Assembly (NCBI GenBank): GCA_963845755.1
Contig: CAWJTV010000047.1
Location: 64,001-128,000, forward strand
Direction of reading: 5' to 3'
From: an uncultured Planctomycetota bacterium
Lineage (GTDB): Bacteria > Planctomycetota > Planctomycetia > Isosphaerales > Isosphaeraceae
Length of the DNA: 64,000 nucleotides
Part shown: positions 40,268-49,940 of the stretch, one piece after another
How positions within the stretch are numbered: the stretch's first letter is position 1
How the letters are laid out: each line of letters starts with the position of its first letter
The notes under the pieces: generated by a model
What the model was told of the DNA's origin: nothing
Seen by the model: only the letters and a program-made list of their open reading frames with translations
The model's database searches: none
Position numbers and translations under genes: made by a program

Positions 40268-43200
40268 CGACTCGCGGCCGATCGATGGCGGCATTCCGCC
40301 CGGGGCCGACGATATGGACGACCGCCTGGGCGAGGCCATCGAGGAGTATCTGACCCTGGCCGAACGGGAGCAGGCGCCCGAGCTGGAGGAATTCCTCGCG
40401 CGTTACCCAGACCTGACAGACGACCTGCGTGCCGCGATGGAGGGCCTGGAACTCGTGCACGGACTGGTCGGGCGCGGTGTCTCGCCATCCTCCGCCTCGT
40501 CGCGCGGATCCGGATGGGACCGACGGCTGGAATCGGGCCACCGGATCGCTGGTTACCGGGTGGTGCGCGAACTGGGACGCGGGGGCATGGGGACGGTCTA
40601 CGAGGCGGTGCACGTCGGCCTGGACCGCCCTGTGGCCTTGAAGGTGCTTGGGACGCACGCGGCCCCGGACTCCTCGGCGCGACGCCGGTTTCTCAACGAG
40701 GCCAAGACCGCCGCCGGCTTGCACCACACGCATATCGTCCCGGTCTTCGATGTCGGCCAGGTGGGCGGGCTCTGCTACTACGCCATGCAGCGCATCGAAG
40801 GGAGCGGGCTGGACCGGGTCATCCGTCATCTGAGGCGCACCCGGCCGACGGGCGGATCCGGAAGTGGCGTGGTCCCGTCCGGCCTGCCGGCCTCTCCAGG
40901 CGAGAGTCTGTCGGCCCCGGGGCATTCGACAAGCAGCTCGCGGTTCGGCAGGCTCTGGTACCGCGTCTCGACGGGCTGGCTCTGGCGGTCGACCCAGCAA
41001 CTGCCCGATGCTCCAGGCGGCGTGAGGATGACCTGGGACCGTGCGGATGCACCCCCGTTCTCAGTGGCCCGGTCCGGCCGGGAAGGGCGCGGTGTATTCC
41101 CCACGAGTCCCGCGAACGATTCGACGGCTTCGTGGGCCAGCCGCTGCGGAGATCGCGAATCTCATGCATCGAGGCGGCCGATCGAGGATCCATCCGGCAC
41201 GACGGCGGGCGCGGTCCCCGCTTGCGAGCTGGCTGGGCCCGGATCGCTCCGCCGCGACGATGAGCCGCCGCCTTTCGATCCGCCGCGCGGCTCGGCCTAT
41301 TTCCGTTGGGTGGCCGCGGTCGGACTCCAGGCCGCCGATGCGCTGGCGCACGCCCATCAACAAGGAGTGATCCACCGCGACGTCAAGCCGTCGAATCTCC
41401 TGATCGACGCCAAGGGGGGTATCTGGGTCACGGATTTCGGACTGGCCCGTCGGCTGGCCGACCCGGGACTGACCCAGCACGACAGCCTGCTGGGGACGCC
41501 ACGCTATATGAGCCCCGAGCAGGCGCGGACCGGCTCGATCGACGGCCGGACCGATGTCTACAGCCTGGGCGCGACGCTCTACGAGCTGCTGACCTCGCGC
41601 CCGCCGTTCGACGGTCAATCGGCGGCCGAGCTGATCGATCAGATTGGCCGGGATGAGCCGACGCCGCCGCGTAGGGTGCAGCCACGGCTGCCGCGTGATC
41701 TGGAGACGATCGTGCTCAAGGCGCTGGCCAAGCGCCCGGTCAACCGGTACGCGACGGGCACCGAGTTGGCCGAAGACCTCGCACGGTTCTTGAGCCATGA
41801 GCCAGTCAAGGCGCGACGGATCAGCCCGATCGGACGGCTGTGGCGGATCGCCCGCCGTCATCCCGGGATCGCCAGTGTTTCCACCGCGGCCGCGGCGATC
41901 GTTCTGGCCATTGCCACGTTCGCTTATGTGAGCATTCTCGCTCAGAAAAACGCGGCGGTCCTCGCCAACAAGGAGAAGGACCGCGCCTTGGAGTCGCAAG
42001 AGGAGGCCAATCGCCAGTTACACGCGACCTTGCTCAAACAGTACCGGTCCGAGGCCGACGTCATGCGGGGTTCGAATTTTCCCGACCGTCGCAACCGGGG
42101 TCTGGAATCGATCAAGCAGGCGGTATCACTGGGACCTGATGCCGCGATGCGATCCGAGTTACGCGACGAAGCGGTCGAGTTCCTGGTCCTTCGGGATGTA
42201 CCCCGTCGTCCCGAACTGGCGACGAACCGGACTCAGGGTGTAGTCTTCAGCCCCGGAGGGAATCGGTTGGCCGCCCTCTCCGAGGACGGCGAACAGATCG
42301 ACTTCTGGGACATTGAACATCGTCTTCGGCTCGCGACGCTTCCGACCCACTCCGACCCGGGCACCACGCCTGGGCTCTCCGTGTCCCAAGCAGGTCGCGA
42401 GCCGAACCCACTGGAGTTCTCGGGGGACAAGCGAGCCGATCGCAGTCAGGAAGCGGCGCCGGAGGCGGGTGACGGGACGACCTCGCGACGGACTGGTCCC
42501 CGCTCTGGCGCCGCGGGCTCCCGGCGCAGCCCGTCGTACCCACGCCTCGCCCTGACAGGTCGATGTCTCGTCGTGGTCTCACCCGATAACCGGGGCTTTC
42601 GGCTATTGGATGCCCTCTCGGGTGCCCCGCTCCGAGCCGTGAATCGTTCCGATCGCGAGCCGGCCGGGAAAACGCGCGACGTACTCGGCCTCATCGCGGA
42701 TTCCGCGGGTCACCGATTCGTGACGGTCGAGCGGGTCTTCGACGAAGCCCCGCTCCCGGAGATGGCTGACCTCGGCGCCTATGACTCTCACGGCGAGTAT
42801 CAGGTGATCCTCTGGGATATGGAACACCTCGATCAGCCTCTGCCGACCCTGAGACCCATCATGGCACGCTCGGGACCGCCTCGGTCCAATCAGGCGCCTC
42901 GCCCGTTGCTTACGGCGCCACTGGTGGCGATTAGTCCCGATGGATGGCATGTCGCGGTTTCGGAAAGGCATGGTAAGATCGTCTCTCTCTTCTCGGGGGT
43001 GGATGGGCGAAGGGGGCGCGACGAGCGTGGCGCCCCGCGAGAGGAGCGTAACCCTGCTTCAACCTCGACGCCGAGTAACCTCGCTCCGATCCCGACGCCG
43101 ATCGAGCTCAATGCCCTGGCCCTGGGGCCGAACGGCCTCCTGGCGATGGCCGGCGGTTCGGGGATGGCGGGGGGCGGCACCGTGCAGCTCTACGACCTGG

Positions 43201-44702
43201 AGACGCGGCGGTTTCTGGCGACCCTGCCGCCCACTCAGAGCGTGACCTGGCAGATGCGATTCAGCCCGCAGGGGACCTTGCTCGCCCTTGTCGGGATGGG
43301 CCCCATCGAGTTGTGGGACCCGGCAGCCCACAGTCTGGTTGCCGTGTTGCGGATGTCACAGCCCGACCCGCCGACGGACCTGGCGTTCTCGCCCGACGGC
43401 CGGACCCTCGCCGCTGGGGGCCGGGGCGCCTCAACTTCGATCTGGACGGTGACCGAGTCCGTTGCCCGGACCCAGCTCAGTGGTTTCGACGCGCGTCTCT
43501 CGTCGCTCACCTTTGGCAGCGACGGCACGCTGGCCGGAGGGCTCTGGGATGGCGCGGTGTGGTACTGGCGTCATGGCCGTTGCCCGGAAATCGGCACGGC
43601 GCTGGCGGAATCTCTGAAGTCCGGCACCGAGGCGCCGGACACACGGACCGGTCCGAAAGTCTCCCCCGCACCTCCTCTGGCCCAGGAGCCCGTTCGGGAC
43701 GCAGATTCCTCGCAGTCGTCCCACTCTTCGAACCGCGCCGGACACCCCGATCGACGATCCGAACCAGCGGGGCGCGGAGGGCTCAGTCGCGGCGGTGTCA
43801 TGAACCCCGCTTTGGTTGCCTTTGATTCGGAGGGTCGCCTCGTCGCGCACGACAGCCAGGGCCTGCGAATCTGGCCTGCGGGCTCGATCGAGATGCAGGC
43901 TCCTGCGATCCTTCGCCTCGCGCTGCCGAATGCGGAGGGACCCCTATGGCAGAGGACGACTCCCATGGCACGAACACCCGATGGGCGTTCGTTCGTCCTC
44001 GCCAGGTCCTCCGCCGTCTACCTCTGGCACCCCGAGTCACCGAACCGATTCGAGCTGGTAATCTCCCCGCCGAGGTCGGCCGTCGAGACGGCAATCGCCT
44101 CGAAGACCGGCCCGCGCCGCAAGTCGCCCGTTGCGACCGAATCGCCGGGTCCTCGATTCTGGGCTGTCCAGGTCTCACCGCACGGTGATCGCATCTATCT
44201 CATTGATGAGAATAATACGTTACAGACCTGGGCGCTGGACACGACTCCCGAGGGCTGCCATGCTCGCGCCTTGATCTGGAAAACGCCGCTTCCGACCGGA
44301 ATCTCCGGACTGGCCCTGCGTCCCGACGGAGGACTCCTGGCGGTGGTGGACCGCTCCTGGAACGTGACCCTTCTGGATACCAACCGGCTGACCGCTGCGA
44401 GCTGGATCAAGCTCCCGAGCGAGGAAACTGTGGGCATGGTGCTCGCGATGGCCTTCTCACCCGACGGCCGCGAACTCGCCGTCGGTATCCCGACAGGTTC
44501 GATCTTGATCTGGTCACTCGCACGGCCCAACCCCGCGGAGCCCAGACTGCGTCTCCCCGGCAACCGCGGGATGATTGCCGCACTGGCTTACGATGCCCGC
44601 GGCCAACGGCTGGCCAGTGCCATGATGATGGATCCCCTGGTCGAGGTCTGGGACCTCGACCACATCCGGCATGAGCTGGTCGAGCTGGGCCTGTCGGATT
44701 GA
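40245..44702 (+). CDS. Hanks-type Ser/Thr kinase with TM helix and C-terminal WD40 repeats
   Basis: LGRGGMGTVY, VALK, HRDVKPSN, DFG, GTPRYMSPEQ; many FSPDG..LA WD40 motifs; ~190-aa insertion inside the kinase domain. Confidence 0.93.
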   Translation: MTMVQRIDDSRPIDGGIPPGADDMDDRLGEAIEEYLTLAEREQAPELEEFLARYPDLTDDLRAAMEGLELVHGLVGRGVSPSSASSRGSGWDRRLESGHRIAGYRVVRELGRGGMGTVYEAVHVGLDRPVALKVLGTHAAPDSSARRRFLNEAKTAAGLHHTHIVPVFDVGQVGGLCYYAMQRIEGSGLDRVIRHLRRTRPTGGSGSGVVPSGLPASPGESLSAPGHSTSSSRFGRLWYRVSTGWLWRSTQQLPDAPGGVRMTWDRADAPPFSVARSGREGRGVFPTSPANDSTASWASRCGDRESHASRRPIEDPSGTTAGAVPACELAGPGSLRRDDEPPPFDPPRGSAYFRWVAAVGLQAADALAHAHQQGVIHRDVKPSNLLIDAKGGIWVTDFGLARRLADPGLTQHDSLLGTPRYMSPEQARTGSIDGRTDVYSLGATLYELLTSRPPFDGQSAAELIDQIGRDEPTPPRRVQPRLPRDLETIVLKALAKRPVNRYATGTELAEDLARFLSHEPVKARRISPIGRLWRIARRHPGIASVSTAAAAIVLAIATFAYVSILAQKNAAVLANKEKDRALESQEEANRQLHATLLKQYRSEADVMRGSNFPDRRNRGLESIKQAVSLGPDAAMRSELRDEAVEFLVLRDVPRRPELATNRTQGVVFSPGGNRLAALSEDGEQIDFWDIEHRLRLATLPTHSDPGTTPGLSVSQAGREPNPLEFSGDKRADRSQEAAPEAGDGTTSRRTGPRSGAAGSRRSPSYPRLALTGRCLVVVSPDNRGFRLLDALSGAPLRAVNRSDREPAGKTRDVLGLIADSAGHRFVTVERVFDEAPLPEMADLGAYDSHGEYQVILWDMEHLDQPLPTLRPIMARSGPPRSNQAPRPLLTAPLVAISPDGWHVAVSERHGKIVSLFSGVDGRRGRDERGAPREERNPASTSTPSNLAPIPTPIELNALALGPNGLLAMAGGSGMAGGGTVQLYDLETRRFLATLPPTQSVTWQMRFSPQGTLLALVGMGPIELWDPAAHSLVAVLRMSQPDPPTDLAFSPDGRTLAAGGRGASTSIWTVTESVARTQLSGFDARLSSLTFGSDGTLAGGLWDGAVWYWRHGRCPEIGTALAESLKSGTEAPDTRTGPKVSPAPPLAQEPVRDADSSQSSHSSNRAGHPDRRSEPAGRGGLSRGGVMNPALVAFDSEGRLVAHDSQGLRIWPAGSIEMQAPAILRLALPNAEGPLWQRTTPMARTPDGRSFVLARSSAVYLWHPESPNRFELVISPPRSAVETAIASKTGPRRKSPVATESPGPRFWAVQVSPHGDRIYLIDENNTLQTWALDTTPEGCHARALIWKTPLPTGISGLALRPDGGLLAVVDRSWNVTLLDTNRLTAASWIKLPSEETVGMVLAMAFSPDGRELAVGIPTGSILIWSLARPNPAEPRLRLPGNRGMIAALAYDARGQRLASAMMMDPLVEVWDLDHIRHELVELGLSD

Positions 44703-44764
44703 TCCGGATGGCGCCTGGCCGTCATCGTGCGGATCGATCGCCTGCGAGCGAGAGATAACGACCG

Positions 44765-45775
44765 CTATTCCGGATTGCGAGACGCCTCAGCATTCAGGTC
44801 GCCGCCGTGCACGAACTCGAACCCGAACCGCCCCTTGATGCAGAGGTGGCCGCGCGTGACCTCGACATCCATCGGCGAGGTCACCTTGACAATCCGGTTT
44901 TCCTGCACGTGGAGCGACAGCGTACAGCCGACTCCACAATAGGGACAGATCGTGTCGGTCTTCCTTTGCCGCGACTCGTCCCACGAGCCGGCCTTGCGCA
45001 TTTCATACTCGCTGCGAAACATCAGCGCCCCGGTCGGACAGACGCCAATGCAGTTGCCGCAGTAGACACACGCCGAATCGGGCAGCGGAACCGCGGCTTC
45101 GGTCGAGATCCTCGCGTCGAATCCACGGCCCGCCACCGCAATCGCGAACGTGTTCTGAGCATCGGTGCCACACGCCTCGACGCACTTGTAGCAGAGGATG
45201 CATTTCCCGTAGTCGCGAACATACAGGTCATTATCGACCTTGACCGGCTGGGCGACAGTCTCTGCGGTCGTCCCGTCAGAGGCGTGGTGATGGCCTGGTT
45301 CGCGATCATCGCGCGCCCCGGCATTTGCCGGGAGCATCGACGGCCCGTAGCGCTCCGGGCAAGCGCCGTAGCGCGCGGCGTATTCCCGGGCCTGGGGAGC
45401 CGTCGACAGGTCCACGGACGAGCCGAGGAACTCGAGGACCATCTTCCGCGCCAGACGGACGCGCGGCGTGTCGGTGCGGATTTCCATCGCCGGCTCGACG
45501 CGACGCGAACAGGCCGGGACCAGGGTCCGCGCACCGGCGAGTTCGACGACGCAGACGCGGCAGGCATTGACCGGCGTGAGGTTCTCGAGGTAGCAGAGCG
45601 TGGGCGTGTCGATTCCGCGCGACCGGCATGCGTCGAGGATCGTCGCGGAGGCCGGCACCAGGACCGGCTCACCATCGATGACGATCTCGAGGAGTGCGGG
45701 CTCCGGACGCCACGGAGGTGCCGGAAGCTCCCTGGGCGGCGGCGGTGATCGGAAGAAGATGGAGTCGTCGCTCAT
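44765..45775 (-). CDS. Fe-S subunit of NAD-linked formate dehydrogenase (2Fe-2S, 2x4Fe-4S and molybdopterin Fe4S4 domain)
   Basis: PTLCY...NACRVCVVE...LVPAC; CILCYKCVEAC; CVYCGNCIGVCP; TICPYCGVGC...LCIKGRFG. Confidence 0.88.
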   Translation of the reverse strand: MSDDSIFFRSPPPPRELPAPPWRPEPALLEIVIDGEPVLVPASATILDACRSRGIDTPTLCYLENLTPVNACRVCVVELAGARTLVPACSRRVEPAMEIRTDTPRVRLARKMVLEFLGSSVDLSTAPQAREYAARYGACPERYGPSMLPANAGARDDREPGHHHASDGTTAETVAQPVKVDNDLYVRDYGKCILCYKCVEACGTDAQNTFAIAVAGRGFDARISTEAAVPLPDSACVYCGNCIGVCPTGALMFRSEYEMRKAGSWDESRQRKTDTICPYCGVGCTLSLHVQENRIVKVTSPMDVEVTRGHLCIKGRFGFEFVHGGDLNAEASRNPE

Positions 45776-47646
45776 GACGGACTCTCCGATTCAGGTATTG
45801 GATCGAGCGTGGCCAGGGCCGACTCGATGGCACTGGAGGCGGTCTGTCCCAATCCGCAGATCGACGCATCGCGCATGACCTGGCCGATCTCCGCGAGCAA
45901 GGCCAACTCCTGGGCGCGACTGCCGATCATCCGGCCCGCCCGCAGTCGCTGCAACAGCTCTTCCTGACGCACAGTCCCCACACGGCAAGGGACGCATTGG
46001 CCGCACGACTCGTCGCGGAAGAAGGCCGCGATCCGCGCCAGGATATCTCCGAGCTCTACCGATTCGTCGAAGACCAGTATCACGCCCGAGCCGAGCGTGG
46101 CTCCGGCCGCGCGTGTTCCCTCGAAGGTCAGAGGCATGTTCAGCTTGTCCGGACCGACGAACACACCGGCGGCGCCACCGAGCAGCACCGCGCGAATCGG
46201 CTTCTCGCCCGGAACTCCGCCGGCCATCGCGATCAGCTCGCGAAGAGTGATGCCGAAATCGACCTCGTAGACGCCGGGCCGCGCCACGTGCCCCGAGACG
46301 CAGAAAAGCTTCGGTCCGCTGGACCCCGAGGTCCCGATGCCCGCATAAGCCGCGCCGCCTTGCATGAGGATCGGCGGGATGTTCACGAGGGTCTCGACGT
46401 TGTTGATCACCGTCGGCTTGCCGAACAGGCCGGATTGAACCGGGAAAGGAGGCTTGTTACGCGGCTCGCCGCGTCGACCCTCGATCGAGTTGAACAAGGC
46501 CGTCTCTTCGCCGCAGATATAAGCGCCTGCGCCGCGACGCAGCTCCACGTCGAACGTGAAGCCCGCGTTCTGGACGTTCTTACCTAGCCGGCCTGCGGCT
46601 CGGGCCGTGTCGATCGCCGCGGCCATCCGTCGCGTTGCGAGCGGATACTCTCCTCGCACGTAGAGGTATCCGCGCTCGCTGCCGGTCGCGAAGCCCGCGA
46701 TGCTCATTCCTTCGAGAACGGCGAACGGATCGCCCTCCATCAGGACGCGATCCTTGAACGTGCCGGGCTCCGACTCGTCGGCATTGCAGACAACGTAGTG
46801 AGGCCGGCCACTCGCTTTGGCCACGGCGTCCCACTTGCGTCCCGTGGGGAAGGCCGCACCACCTCGGCCCACGAGCTTCGAGGCCAACACCTCGCGAATG
46901 ACCCCGGCGGGGCCGATCTCGATCGCCCGGTCCAATGCGGCATAGCCACCCGAGGCGCAGTAGGCCTCAAGGCTCTCGGGGTCGATCCGGCCGATCCTGT
47001 GTAGCAGGCGAAGTGTTGGAGTGCCGGACTGCGGTACTGACCGTCGCATCGATTCGAAGTTAGCACCCTCGGCCGGGCCGGTAGAACCCCGCGCCGCGAG
47101 GATCTCGGCGGCTGTTGCCGGAGCGAGCGCGATCGCGCCGGGCAACTCGCCTGCATTCAGAACCAAGGCGGCCGGGGCCCGCTCACAAGAGCCCAGGCAG
47201 GGGCTGCGCTTCCAAGAACCTTCGCTTTCGTGACCGAGCGCCTGCTTCAGCTCGGCGCAGAGGTTCTCCGCCCCTTTGATCCGGCAGGCGATGTCGTCGC
47301 AGACGTGGGCGACGAACTGAGGACGCGGCGAGAGCGAGAAGAGGTGATAGAACGTGACGACTCCGTGCGCCTCGGCGGGCGGTATGGTCAGGCGCCGGCA
47401 GATGTAGTCCAGCGCGCCCGGCGGTATCCATCCGAACCGGGACTGGACTGCGTGGAGGGCGGGCAGGAGGAGATCGCGGCGGGACCGGGCCGCGTGGCCG
47501 CCGAGCGCGAAACCATGGCCTTCGGCCTCCACGTTCCGGAATCCACCGGCCCAGGCGGAGGTGGGTGGTCCCAGGACGGAATCGACGGCCGCTCGCTCGG
47601 TCGCCGTGGCTTCGGGGCCGTGAAAGTGAAGGTCCATCGTCCTCAT
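45772..47646 (-). CDS. Fused NuoE/NuoF-like NADH-binding (diaphorase) subunit
   Basis: NuoE-like LLPALHAVQ...VCDDIAC...CLGSC, then GRGGAAFPTG.KW, NADESEPG, YICGEET, ESCGQCVPCR.G. Confidence 0.92.
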   Translation of the reverse strand: MRTMDLHFHGPEATATERAAVDSVLGPPTSAWAGGFRNVEAEGHGFALGGHAARSRRDLLLPALHAVQSRFGWIPPGALDYICRRLTIPPAEAHGVVTFYHLFSLSPRPQFVAHVCDDIACRIKGAENLCAELKQALGHESEGSWKRSPCLGSCERAPAALVLNAGELPGAIALAPATAAEILAARGSTGPAEGANFESMRRSVPQSGTPTLRLLHRIGRIDPESLEAYCASGGYAALDRAIEIGPAGVIREVLASKLVGRGGAAFPTGRKWDAVAKASGRPHYVVCNADESEPGTFKDRVLMEGDPFAVLEGMSIAGFATGSERGYLYVRGEYPLATRRMAAAIDTARAAGRLGKNVQNAGFTFDVELRRGAGAYICGEETALFNSIEGRRGEPRNKPPFPVQSGLFGKPTVINNVETLVNIPPILMQGGAAYAGIGTSGSSGPKLFCVSGHVARPGVYEVDFGITLRELIAMAGGVPGEKPIRAVLLGGAAGVFVGPDKLNMPLTFEGTRAAGATLGSGVILVFDESVELGDILARIAAFFRDESCGQCVPCRVGTVRQEELLQRLRAGRMIGSRAQELALLAEIGQVMRDASICGLGQTASSAIESALATLDPIPESESPS

Positions 47647-49555
47647 TGAGCTCCCAGCCGCTCGACCCGGATTGCGGCGGCCTTGAACTCCGCGGTCCCC
47701 GACGTAGGGTCCGTGGCGTCAATCGTCAGGATATTCGTGGCGACCTCATCCTGGAAGTGAGGCGTCATGAACGTGAGCCCGGGGCGTAGGCCCTCGTCGA
47801 TGCGTATGGGGACCTCGATCCGACCCCGCCGCGAGGTGACTCGCACCACCTCGCCGTTCCGGACCCCGAGCCGGTCGGCGTCCTCCGGCGAGATGTCGAG
47901 GCTCTCGCCCCGGCGCATGGGCGAGGCGTAGCCCGAGGATTGCACGCCGGTGTTGTACTCGTCGAGCCGGCGCCCCGTCGTGAGCCGTAGCGGAAACTCG
48001 TCGGTCAATCGCTCGACCGGCGGGTCGTGCGCAACCGGGTGGAACGCGACTCTCGGGCCATTGAGCGGCCGCTCCCAGAGCCGGCTATGAAGAAACAATT
48101 CGCCCGGATGATCCTCGTCATAACAGGGCCACTGGAGCCCGTGCCGGGCTTCCAGGCGTGCGTAGCTCATCCCGGCGTAGGCGGGACAGAGTGTGCGCAC
48201 CTCGTTCCAGATGGTCTCGGCGTCCGGTTCGCCCCAATCGTGTCCCATCCGGTTCGCGAGGTCGAAGAGGATGCGGACGTCGTCCCGGGCGCCGCCGGGT
48301 GGGCCCAGGGCCTTCCGCACGCGCTGGACCCGCCGCTCGCTGTTGGTCACGGTTCCGTCCGATTCGCACCAGCCTGCCGAGGCCGGGAACACCACATCGG
48401 CCATCTCTGCGGTCGCGGTGAGGAAGATGTCCTGCACGACCAGGAAGTCGAGGCATTCGAGCCGATGCCGCGTCTGGACCTGGTCGGCTTCCGATTGGAG
48501 CGGGTTCTCGCCGAGGACGTAGAGGGCCCGGAAATCGCCCCGTTCCATCGCCTCGAACATCTCCGAGAGATGCCATCCGCGCGTCGCAGGGATCGACACG
48601 CCCCAGTGCCGCTCGAACTTCGAACGAAGCTCGTCGATCTCGACGTGCTGGAACCCGGGGAGCCGATCGGGGAGCGCGCCGATATCGCCACCGCCCTGGA
48701 CATTGTTCTGACCGCGCAACGGGTTGAGGCCGGATCCGTAGCGTCCCACGTGACCGGTCAGCAGAGACAGGTTGATCAGCGCGAGGACGTTATCGACCGC
48801 GTTGTGGTGCTCCGTGATCCCCAGCGTCCAGCAGATCATGGCTCGACCGGCCCTGGCGTAGGCGTGGGCCATCTCCCGGATCGACGATGCGGGGACCCCC
48901 GTCTCCCGCTCGGCGTAGGCAAGCGTATAGGGTTCCACGGCCCGCTGGTACGATTCGAAACCGGTTGTCGCCTGCGCGATGAACTCGCGATTCTCGAGTC
49001 CCGCGGCGATAATCTCGCGACCCACCGCATTGGCCAGCGCGATGTCGGAACCGACATCCAGGCCTAACCACGCATCGGCCCAGCCGCGGAGCTGGTCCGG
49101 CGCGGATCGATCGCGTAGAGACGGGCACCGTGATGGATGCCCTTGAGCAGGTGATGGAAGAAGATCGGATGCGTTTCGCGCGCGTTCGAGCCCCAGAGGA
49201 GAATCGTGTCCGTCTCCTCGATCTCGCGGTAGGAGCTCGTGCCCCCGCCCGCGCCGAACACCGTCGCCAGACCGGCGACACTCGGTGCGTGTCACGTACG
49301 ATTACAGCTATCGATGTTATTGCTGCCGATCACGACCCGCGCGAACTTCTGCGCGATGTAGTTCAGTTCGTTCGTGGTCTTGGAGCAACTGAACATCCCG
49401 AACGCTCGCGAGCCATGCCGCTCGATGGTCTGGCTCAGTCCACTCGCCGCGCGGTCGAGGGCCTCGTCCCAGCTCGCCGGGCGCAACGCGTCACCGTCGC
49501 GGACCAGCGGATCCCTCAGCCTGGCATATCGCCCCGCTTTGGTCTTGGTCTTCAT
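47643..49555 (-). CDS. fdhF: Selenocysteine formate dehydrogenase catalytic (Mo/W-bisPGD) subunit; UGA=Sec at 49292-49294; frameshift near 49085
   Basis: SWDEAL...NNIDSCNRT-UGA-HAPSVAGL continues in frame; also PLRGQNNVQG, VVQDIFLT.TA..ADVV.P, LTTGR, EFKAAA. Confidence 0.9.
49258..49294 (-). promoter_or_regulatory. Bacterial SECIS element immediately 3' of the Sec codon
   Basis: TGA CACGCACCGAGT GTCGCC GGTCT GGCGAC GGT: 6-bp upper stem with a GGU-containing loop, placed like the E. coli fdhF SECIS. Confidence 0.85.
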
Positions 49556-49696
49556 CGTTCTCGTGCCGGTTGGAAGATGCGTGGGTAGGATACCGCCAGT
49601 TTCATTGTACGCGAATGAGGTCCGGACTCAAGCCGGCTTCTCGCGCGGCGGACCTGTTCGCCGGCACGGATTCGCAGCGAACTCGAAAGGCGATCG

Positions 49697-49745
49697 CTTA
49701 AATTGATTATATTTATATTAAAATATAATAAATAATTATTATAAT
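49697..49745. promoter_or_regulatory. Extremely AT-rich patch in the divergent fdh / gluconolactonase promoter region
   Basis: TTAAATTGATTATATTTATATTAAAATATAATAAATAATTATTATAAT within otherwise high-GC DNA. Confidence 0.45.
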
Positions 49746-49940
49746 GCGGTCCGGTATGTGCACGGGATGAACGGATTCCTCCGAAGCCGCGCGTGTTAGG
49801 TACGACGCGCGGTGCAGTCATCCCAGAGCATTCGCCACGGTTGTTCCGTTCGACGGTCTTGCCACGCCCCGACAATCGTGTTACCGAGAGAGAGGTGTCA
49901 CGGTTCAGACAACACGTGGGCAACGTTGAGGGGGACCCCG

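Noticed and set aside
49292..49555. Separate 87-aa protein or nonsense-truncated fdh pseudogene
   Set aside because: The stop is a UGA at the catalytic Sec position, followed by a SECIS and an in-frame continuation.
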